Part shown: piece after piece, positions 26,319 through 32,000 of the stretch
How positions within the stretch are numbered: the first letter of the stretch is position 1
Layout: each line of letters opens with the position of its first letter
Source of the DNA: Candidatus Saccharimonadota bacterium
GTDB lineage: Bacteria > Patescibacteriota > Saccharimonadia > Saccharimonadales > UBA4665
Assembly: GCA_016699955.1 (NCBI GenBank)
Contig: CP064993.1
Span: forward strand, 870,001-902,000
Direction: 5' to 3'
DNA: 32,000 nt
Made by a program: the position numbers and the translations under genes
Notes under the pieces: generated by a model
Told to the model about the DNA's origin: nothing
Seen by the model: the letters and a program-made list of their open reading frames with translations, nothing else
Databases searched by the model: none

Positions 26319-26399
26319 GTCAAATAAGGAGCCCCCTGACGTTGATCAATGGGACGAACGATATTGACACGGGACGTGCGCTCTTATAATGAGGAATAC
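26319..26399 (+). promoter_or_regulatory. Promoter-like repeat, copy A (TTGACA at 26364..26369, TATAAT at 26385..26390)
   Basis: Shares the conserved blocks GTCAA, GGAGC, TGACGTT, TGGGACGAACGA, TTGAC and TATAATGAGG with 29288..29370 in the same order and spacing. Confidence 0.55.
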
Positions 26400-26493
26400 A
26401 GAAGAAGGAAGAACCTTAAATTGCAACATGTTGAGTTTGCTTTTTGAATCAATGCTATATTCGCATCATAATGAGCTCTGCTATGATTGAGTT

Positions 26494-27534
26494 ATGGATA
26501 ATAAAACTCTGACAGCTATTAAAGGCGTGAAAGTTGGTCACGCAACAGACGTAGATAATTTGACGGGTTGCACGGTCGTTCTCTTCGAAAAAGACTATCC
26601 CGTCGCCTATACATCCAATGGCGGCACACCTAGAACGTACGACACGACAACCCTTGAACAAGGTAAATCATTTTATCGGAAGCATGCTTTGTTCATCGCC
26701 GATGGCGCGCACCTTGGCCTGGAAACTGCTGCGTACATAGCAGAAGCACTACGTGATCGTAATGTTGGCTACACGATTGGTAAAAACATCATACCGTCTA
26801 TTTCTGGCGCATGCGTTCAGTCGCTCGGCATGTACGTAGCAAAAATAAATCCAAAGTTTGGTATCGATGCAGTCAATAACGCAACAACCGAGCCTGTGCA
26901 ATCTGGAAATGTCGGCGCTGGTACTGGTACGACAGTCGGTAAGTTCTCATTTAACCCTGGCGGAGTCAACATGTGCATGAAGGCCGGAGTTGGTTCAGCA
27001 AAAATTGAACTTGGCGGCGGCGTCATCGTTACGGCACTGACTGTAGTAAACGCCATGGGAAACATTATTGGCGAAGATGGTGCTATCATCGCTGGCAATA
27101 GGCATGACAATGACGACTCAAAATACAGGACATTTGAAGGATTTAGCAACTACATTACAGAAAAATCAAATACCACAATCTCCATCGTTGGTATAAACGT
27201 TACACTAAACACACAAGAAGACTTACGGCGCGTTGCCGAGATCGCGACACACGGTCAGGTGCGAGCTATCAACCCGGTCAATACTTCGCTAGATGGCGAT
27301 ACGGTATTCGCTTTCTCGACCGAAGAACTTGCTCCACATCTTTCGCACATTGGTGCGGTAATTGAAGATGGCGATTGGTACAAACTATATGTCGATGTGA
27401 TTGCTCAAGCAGCAGCAAGAGCTGTTCAGAAGAGTATTTACGACGCCTGCTATTCGGCGGAATCGATACTGTATAAATATGCCCATGAAGGCAAAATACC
27501 GTCTGATAAAGCACATTCTGAATCGAATTCTTAA
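26494..27534 (+). CDS. Peptidase family S58 / P1 (DmpA/BapA-type aminopeptidase)
   Basis: IKGVKVGHATDVDNLTGCTVVLF, SNGGTPRTYDT, GNVGAGTGTTVGK, NTTISIVGINVTL, RAINPVNTSLDGDTVFAFST. This is the characteristic DmpA-family pattern. Confidence 0.8.
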   Translation: MDNKTLTAIKGVKVGHATDVDNLTGCTVVLFEKDYPVAYTSNGGTPRTYDTTTLEQGKSFYRKHALFIADGAHLGLETAAYIAEALRDRNVGYTIGKNIIPSISGACVQSLGMYVAKINPKFGIDAVNNATTEPVQSGNVGAGTGTTVGKFSFNPGGVNMCMKAGVGSAKIELGGGVIVTALTVVNAMGNIIGEDGAIIAGNRHDNDDSKYRTFEGFSNYITEKSNTTISIVGINVTLNTQEDLRRVAEIATHGQVRAINPVNTSLDGDTVFAFSTEELAPHLSHIGAVIEDGDWYKLYVDVIAQAAARAVQKSIYDACYSAESILYKYAHEGKIPSDKAHSESNS

Positions 27535-27569
27535 CGAGCCTTTTATCGTCATGCTCAGGACTGGAAAAG

Positions 27570-27866
27570 TTACTCGATATTATTCTCAATTATCTCACTC
27601 CAATCGATTCGACCGAAAGCGGCTCGTAGCAAATCCTGCCACAGACACGGTTCGTCAATCTGGTCGTCAAGCTCGTATCGTAGCATCATCTCAAGCCACT
27701 CCGCCTGTTCATATGTCCGCCACATGTCCTTGCTGAGTGCTTCTTGCAAAAGTGCATAGTTTGACTCATCGTTCGTGAGCCACAGATTTGCGAGCCATGT
27801 CTCGTAATTACTCCACCCGTTATACTCGGTGACTACAGTTTGTGATTGCATTTCTGCTACGTTCAT
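27570..27866 (-). CDS. Small Trp-rich hypothetical protein (mobile-element-type)
   Basis: NGWSNYETWLANLWLTNDESNY is a W..N.ETW...LW..NDE..Y motif that I associate with phage and plasmid small proteins, although I cannot name the family. The start is set at ATG 27866, which is preceded by a strong AAGGAG; the track ORF starts 14 codons earlier. Confidence 0.55.
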   Translation of the reverse strand: MNVAEMQSQTVVTEYNGWSNYETWLANLWLTNDESNYALLQEALSKDMWRTYEQAEWLEMMLRYELDDQIDEPCLWQDLLRAAFGRIDWSEIIENNIE

Positions 27867-27934
27867 TGTTATTTCTCCTTTACTTGTATATTCATACCTA
27901 GCCCTCACATCTGTTAAGGGCTACACTAAAGGAT

Positions 27935-29260
27935 GGTATGGAGGACAATCGCTATCTTACTTGGGAGTTGCCTCAGTCGGCAGCATCTCGTCGTAAAGTC
28001 TATTGCTTCCTGCATTCTGGAGATAACAATCTATGATGAGGTTATACGAGAAAAACCTTGGTGTTTCACCTCTGTTCTGACGTGTATGTCGACACAGACA
28101 GGAGGTGTACCAAGGCTCTTCTACGGTCAATAACGAACAAGTCTATTGTATCCCCATTGCACCTTTTTTGGGAAGCGGATGCCGCCATATCTTTTACCAC
28201 TACATAATCTTGGGGCTCACTATGTGAGCCGGAGGAGTTATTTGTTATGACCTTTTTTATTGGCTGTGATACGGCTAAAGCGAAGCTAGATATCGCCGTG
28301 GTTAATTCTGTGGGGCGTGAAATGCCCGAGTTAACAGCAACCATACTAAACGAACCGAGAGACGTCGCTACTATGCTCTTGACGCTTTCTGGTGCGTATC
28401 CCGACGATGAGTTCGTCTGTGTGGTGGAAGCTACTGGATGCTACCACTTGGCGTTTGCTGATGCGTGTTTCGATCTCGGTATCGTCTGTCGCGTTTACAA
28501 TCCACTCATTACTAAACAGCAGATTAGAGCATCGGTACGAGGGAAGAAAACCGATCGAACCGACGCTCTCATGATCGCCCGACTAGGACTACGTGGCGAA
28601 GGTAGGCCATATACACCCGATCCGTACAAAACCACCAAGTATTATGGTCGTGGCTGCCAACGACTATCTGTGTTGAACAGCTCGTTCCGGCAATACAAAA
28701 ACCACTTCAGTGCGCTCGTTGACGATACAATGAGCGATGAGCTGAGAGAAGTGCTTGACGGTGTTCAGGTAGCCATCAAAGAAGCACGGGCGCAGCTCTA
28801 CAAAGACTTAGCGGTTTCGGCGGATGGTATAGTTTTTCGCCGGCTTCAAACTATACCGGGCATCGGACCGTACGTAGCTGCCAGTATTATTGGTGAGGTA
28901 CAAGACATGCGACGTTTTACTACTACCAAGTCTATTATTGCTTATGCTGGACTCGACCCTCGCATTAAGCAAAGCGGCAAAAGCTTAAACAGCACGGGGC
29001 GGTTAACGAAACGCGGTTCCAGCTATCTTAGACGGAGCTTATTCATAGCCGCTAACATAGCCAGACAACACGACCCATACTTCCAGGCGCTGTATGACAA
29101 GAAAAGAGCTGAGGGTAAGCGGTACACGGTCGCCAACTGCGTTGTTGCGCGGAAGCTCCTCACTATTGCGAGAGCGGTATGGATCACCGAGAAAAATTAC
29201 GACCTCAGTTTTTGGGATTAATGTGTTGACTTAATATATGAGGTCTTTACGTAACGGAGT
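27935..29260 (+). mobile_element. IS110-family element (boundaries not determined; coordinates are only a rough bracket)
   Basis: An IS110-type recombinase gene with about 340 nt of non-coding sequence upstream. IS110 members lack classical inverted repeats, so I cannot read the ends from a single copy. Confidence 0.35.
28247..29221 (+). CDS. IS110 family (DEDD-type) transposase/recombinase
   Basis: N-terminal FIGCDTAKAKLDIAVV..VVEATGCYH..KTDRTDALMIA and C-terminal LQTIPGIGPYVAASIIGEVQDMRRF..AYAGLDPRIKQSGKS..GRLTKRGSSYLRRSLF match the IS116/IS110/IS902 pattern. A GGAGGAG Shine-Dalgarno sequence lies upstream. Confidence 0.88.
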   Translation: MTFFIGCDTAKAKLDIAVVNSVGREMPELTATILNEPRDVATMLLTLSGAYPDDEFVCVVEATGCYHLAFADACFDLGIVCRVYNPLITKQQIRASVRGKKTDRTDALMIARLGLRGEGRPYTPDPYKTTKYYGRGCQRLSVLNSSFRQYKNHFSALVDDTMSDELREVLDGVQVAIKEARAQLYKDLAVSADGIVFRRLQTIPGIGPYVAASIIGEVQDMRRFTTTKSIIAYAGLDPRIKQSGKSLNSTGRLTKRGSSYLRRSLFIAANIARQHDPYFQALYDKKRAEGKRYTVANCVVARKLLTIARAVWITEKNYDLSFWD

Positions 29261-29287
29261 TAAAACACGGTGCCGCATGGCAAATCT

Positions 29288-29370
29288 GTCAAGGTGGAGC
29301 GCCCCTTGACGTTTACCATTGGGACGAACGACCTTGACGGGTTTGCTCGGTACGTATAATGAGGCAGTAC
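29288..29370 (+). promoter_or_regulatory. Promoter-like repeat, copy B (TTGACG at 29334..29339, TATAAT at 29355..29360)
   Basis: Homologous to 26319..26399. It contains a 7-bp hairpin, GTCAAGG..CCTTGAC, at its 5' end. Confidence 0.55.
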
Positions 29371-29406
29371 GTAAAGGAACATGATATTTTCAGCTATAAT
29401 CTAGAT

Positions 29407-30177
29407 ATGAATGATGACACGACCCTTCAGTTCCTCGTAGGCACTACCGACGACGGCAAAACAGTTTACGGAGACTTTAAAAAATCAGGTCACTTTATAT
29501 CGTCTGGACATGTGGGATCAGGGCATGCAAGCTACGACGAAGCAGCCTTCGTCACAAATCTGCTACAAAACTACTCACCTGATGAATTGCAGTTCGTCAT
29601 GATTGATCCTAAGCAAGTACAACTGACTCCATATGAGGGTATCTCGTATTTGTGGCGACCGCTATCTCTTACGCCCGAAGATGCAAAGTCTGCAGTAACC
29701 GACTTGATAGAAGAGATGGATAGACGATTCGAACTATTTGCTGATGCTAAAATGAACAAAATTGCTGAGTACAACGCAAAGACCGAAGACAAGCTCCCGT
29801 TTATCATCCTACTTTGCACCGAGATTGCTGATTTGATGATGGTAGATAACAAGTTCTATGGTGATGCGTTCAACAAAATCTGGATGCTGGGCCAGGCAGT
29901 TGGAATTCATATGTATATCGCAACACAGCGTCCAAGCGAGGATGTGCTTCCAGGTGAATTGATGGGTGGCGTATCTGGCCGACTTGTATTTGCAGTAGCG
30001 TCTGCTTCTGACAGTGAATGGCTACTAGGCGACTCGGGTGCAGAAAAAATTACAGGGCAAGGTCGCCTCATATTTGCCGAATCAGTTGTAGCGCCGAAAC
30101 AGAATGTTATGGCCGCCTATGTCTCTGACGAGGAAGTCATTAGAGAAGTTAATCGGATAAAAGACCTCGAAAAATAG
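29407..30177 (+). CDS. FtsK/SpoIIIE-like motor-domain-only protein with degenerate Walker A/B (pseudo-ATPase)
   Basis: FVMIDPKQVQLTPYEGI, EEMDRRFELF, LPFIILLCTEIADLMM, GIHMYIATQRPSEDVLPG and RLVFAVASASDSEWLLGDSGAEKITGQGRLIF align with the FtsK alpha/beta domain. The Walker A position reads GHVGSGHAS. The track start is 29359. I prefer ATG 29407 because TATAAT lies 6 nt upstream, but either start is possible. Confidence 0.7.
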   Translation: MNDDTTLQFLVGTTDDGKTVYGDFKKSGHFISSGHVGSGHASYDEAAFVTNLLQNYSPDELQFVMIDPKQVQLTPYEGISYLWRPLSLTPEDAKSAVTDLIEEMDRRFELFADAKMNKIAEYNAKTEDKLPFIILLCTEIADLMMVDNKFYGDAFNKIWMLGQAVGIHMYIATQRPSEDVLPGELMGGVSGRLVFAVASASDSEWLLGDSGAEKITGQGRLIFAESVVAPKQNVMAAYVSDEEVIREVNRIKDLEK

Positions 30178-30196
30178 AGTTTGCTATAATCTAGTT

Positions 30197-30240
30197 AGAA
30201 GATTCGTGTTCTAACGCTTGCGAGAGAACAGGAATCTTCT
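30197..30240 (+). terminator. Long hairpin downstream of the FtsK-like gene (possible terminator)
   Basis: AGAAGATTCGTGTTCT - 12-nt loop - AGAACAGGAATCTTCT forms a 16-bp stem with one mismatch. Only a short T-run follows. Confidence 0.45.
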
Positions 30241-30363
30241 TTACTAAAAAATGGCGCAAAGCGCAGCTTGTATCCATAAGTACCACTCTTTCCAAATCAT
30301 AACGAAATAGTATGTTTGGAAAACGCCCTTTACAAAACTTTAGTTAGCAGTATAGTAAATAGT

Positions 30364-31575
30364 ATGATCCCACGCGAACAATATCTGCAAACACTACGTC
30401 AGTTTAAAGACAAAGACGTGATCAAAATTGCCACAGGCGTGCGCCGTTGTGGTAAGTCAACATTATTTGCGTTATTTCAGGATGAACTTCGTCAATCAGG
30501 TGTCAAAGACTCCCAGATTATCACCATAAACTTCGAGTCGCCACGCTACATGCTCGAAAACATCAATTGGCGTGACCTCTGGCAGGATATCACCGAGCGG
30601 CTAAAGGGCGTCAAACATGCCTATGTCTTCCTGGACGAAATCCAAACCGTACCAGAGTTTGAAAAACTCGTCGACGGACTTTATGTCGAGCCAAATATCG
30701 ACCTATACGTCACCGGTTCAAACGCCTACTTTTTATCATCTGAGCTTTCGACCGTGCTGTCGGGGCGTTATATCGAGATCAAAATGCTGCCGCTATCACT
30801 TGCCGAGTACGCCACGGCATTTCCAAAGCAAACCGACCGTCAAAAACTCTACAGCGACTACGTCAACTTCGGCTCGTTTCCGTATGTCCCAACCCTTCTC
30901 AAAGAAGGTGAAGCAGCGGTCGACACCTATTTGCAAGGCATCTACGAAACGGTTCTGTATAAGGATATCATCGCTCGGCTAAACACTGAGGACGAGACCA
31001 AAATGCTCAATCTCGTCAAATTCACCATGGACAACATCGGCAACACCACCTCGCCGCGCAAAATTGCCGACACGATGACCAGCAACGGCGACAAGATATC
31101 CCACCCCACCGTCGACTCATATCTAAATGCCCTGACCAAAAGCTTTTTGCTGTACCAAGTGGATCGCTACGACGTGAAGGGCAAAAAACTCCTGCAGCGC
31201 TATAGTAAATACTACCTGGTTGATATCGGCCTGCGCCAGATGATACTGGGACGAACCATGAGCGGTGACCGTGGGCATATCCTCGAAAATATCGTCTTTT
31301 TGGAACTGCTGCGCCGTAACCGCCACGTTTGGATAGGCAAAAACAACGATACCGAAATCGACTTTGTTGTCCAGACCAATAGCGGCGATACCGAATACTA
31401 CCAAGTCGCCGAAACGATGCTAGGTCCCGAGACACGCGACCGCGAGACCCGTCCCCTCCAAAACATCAAAGACCACTTTCCAAAGTTCATCCTCACCATG
31501 GACGCCGGGGAGTATAGCGATAGTGGCATACGACAGCTAAATGCCATTGACTGGCTACTTGGCGAGGACCGTTGA
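30364..31575 (+). CDS. AAA+ ATPase with PD-(D/E)XK-like tail (AAA_14/DUF4143, COG1373-like), paralogue 3
   Basis: Walker A GVRRCGKSTL, Walker B YVFLDEIQ, tail TEIDFVVQT..YYQVAE. It is collinear with 17746..18960. The start is moved to ATG 30364 (MIPREQYLQTLRQFKD), with TATAGT 7 nt upstream. Confidence 0.75.
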   Translation: MIPREQYLQTLRQFKDKDVIKIATGVRRCGKSTLFALFQDELRQSGVKDSQIITINFESPRYMLENINWRDLWQDITERLKGVKHAYVFLDEIQTVPEFEKLVDGLYVEPNIDLYVTGSNAYFLSSELSTVLSGRYIEIKMLPLSLAEYATAFPKQTDRQKLYSDYVNFGSFPYVPTLLKEGEAAVDTYLQGIYETVLYKDIIARLNTEDETKMLNLVKFTMDNIGNTTSPRKIADTMTSNGDKISHPTVDSYLNALTKSFLLYQVDRYDVKGKKLLQRYSKYYLVDIGLRQMILGRTMSGDRGHILENIVFLELLRRNRHVWIGKNNDTEIDFVVQTNSGDTEYYQVAETMLGPETRDRETRPLQNIKDHFPKFILTMDAGEYSDSGIRQLNAIDWLLGEDR

Positions 31576-31665
31576 GCCTATGAAACATATAAAACGCGAA
31601 CAGATACGAACCAGTGGTTTATCGGCTATAATACAAGTAATGATATGTAGTGAAAGAGGGGTATT

Positions 31666-32000
31666 GTGAGCAAAAATATTGTGGATCTTATTAAATTTCG
31701 TCAGTCAGCACTCGATAACTCGTCGAAAGACGACGTCCTAGAAATCAGCCATTTATTCCGAGACAGTATCGACCCCGAACGATTTTTTAGCGAAAGCTAC
31801 TTTACCGAAGGTATCGACGTTCTGCTCAAAACCGCCTTTGCCCGCTTTGCCGGTCAGGACGACCACGGTGTCGTAAAGCTCACCCAAAACATGGGTGGTG
31901 GTAAAACCCACAGCATGATTACCCTGGGCTTGCTTGCAAAACACCCCGAACACCGCAAGCGATTCCTCGGCGACAACTCATTTGAAGGCGACGTACGAGT
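31666..32000 (+). CDS. P-loop ATPase, DUF499/BrxC-like N-terminus (partial, continues beyond window)
   Basis: My own translation from GTG 31666 (after GAAAGAGGGG) is VSKNIVDLIKFRQSALDNSSKDDVLEISHLFRDSIDPERFFSESYFTEGIDVLLKTAFARFAGQDDHGVVKLTQNMGGGKTHSMITLGLLAKHPEHRKRFL.. The YFTEG..gvv.L.q.MGGGKTHsm arrangement is what I remember from DUF499-type ATPases. Confidence 0.5.
   Translation, partial: MSKNIVDLIKFRQSALDNSSKDDVLEISHLFRDSIDPERFFSESYFTEGIDVLLKTAFARFAGQDDHGVVKLTQNMGGGKTHSMITLGLLAKHPEHRKRFLGDNSFEGDVR

Noticed and set aside
27992-27998. 7-nt match (CGTAAAG) between the IS110 leader and the reverse complement of sequence just after the recombinase stop (29245..29251), considered as guide/donor pairing or terminal inverted repeat
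   Set aside because: A 7-mer match between regions of this size is expected by chance several times. It is not evidence on its own.
28066-28344. 92-aa minus-strand ORF spanning the IS110 leader and recombinase start
   Set aside because: It overlaps the recombinase start and Shine-Dalgarno sequence in antisense and has no motif. The region is better explained as a non-coding leader.
30617-31435. ORFs 30617..30982(+), 30942..31139(-), 31022..31435(-), 31123..31404(-)
   Set aside because: They are alternative-frame or antisense ORFs within AAA+ paralogue 3, and their Arg/Ser/Cys-rich composition is typical of shadows.
31753-31953. 66-aa minus-strand ORF
   Set aside because: It is antisense to the plus-strand ORF that carries a clear GGGKT P-loop.
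1-32000. CRISPR arrays, rRNA genes, tandem repeat arrays
   Set aside because: I found no series of regularly spaced short repeats and no rRNA-like conserved stretches. The only multi-copy short sequences are the pairs described above.

Overview
The window has two parts. Positions 1-10.9 kb look like a core chromosomal block. It holds a frame-disrupted SF1 (UvrD/PcrA-type) helicase, a type II NADH dehydrogenase, an FAD-linked (GlcD/D-lactate-dehydrogenase-like) oxidase, a complete cyoABCDE cytochrome bo3 quinol oxidase operon and a UPF0104 membrane protein. The block ends at a tRNA-Gln(UUG) gene. From about 11.2 kb to the window end the sequence is accessory and mosaic. tRNA-fragment repeats bracket an 8-kb decayed island that carries a Fic protein, two gene stumps, a secreted cassette (two TasA-like proteins plus a split beta-helix protein), an IS982 and an AAA+ ATPase. 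After that come a second AAA+ ATPase, a processive GT2 synthase with a coupled secreted partner, an IS481-like element, a freshly inserted IS4-family element, an S58 (DmpA-type) peptidase, a Trp-rich small protein, an IS110-family element with a long non-coding leader, an FtsK-like pseudo-ATPase, a third AAA+ ATPase and the start of a DUF499/BrxC-like ATPase. No CRISPR array, rRNA or prophage structural genes were seen. I could not run any database search. All family calls rest on motifs I read in the translations, and taxonomy is unknown (a small-genome lineage such as Patescibacteria/Saccharibacteria is only a guess). The best candidates for something new are the secreted TasA-like/beta-helix cassette, the repeated AAA+/nuclease-tail ATPases with the FtsK-like pseudo-ATPase and DUF499 gene, the IS110 leader (candidate bridge RNA) and the 82-nt promoter-like repeat pair.
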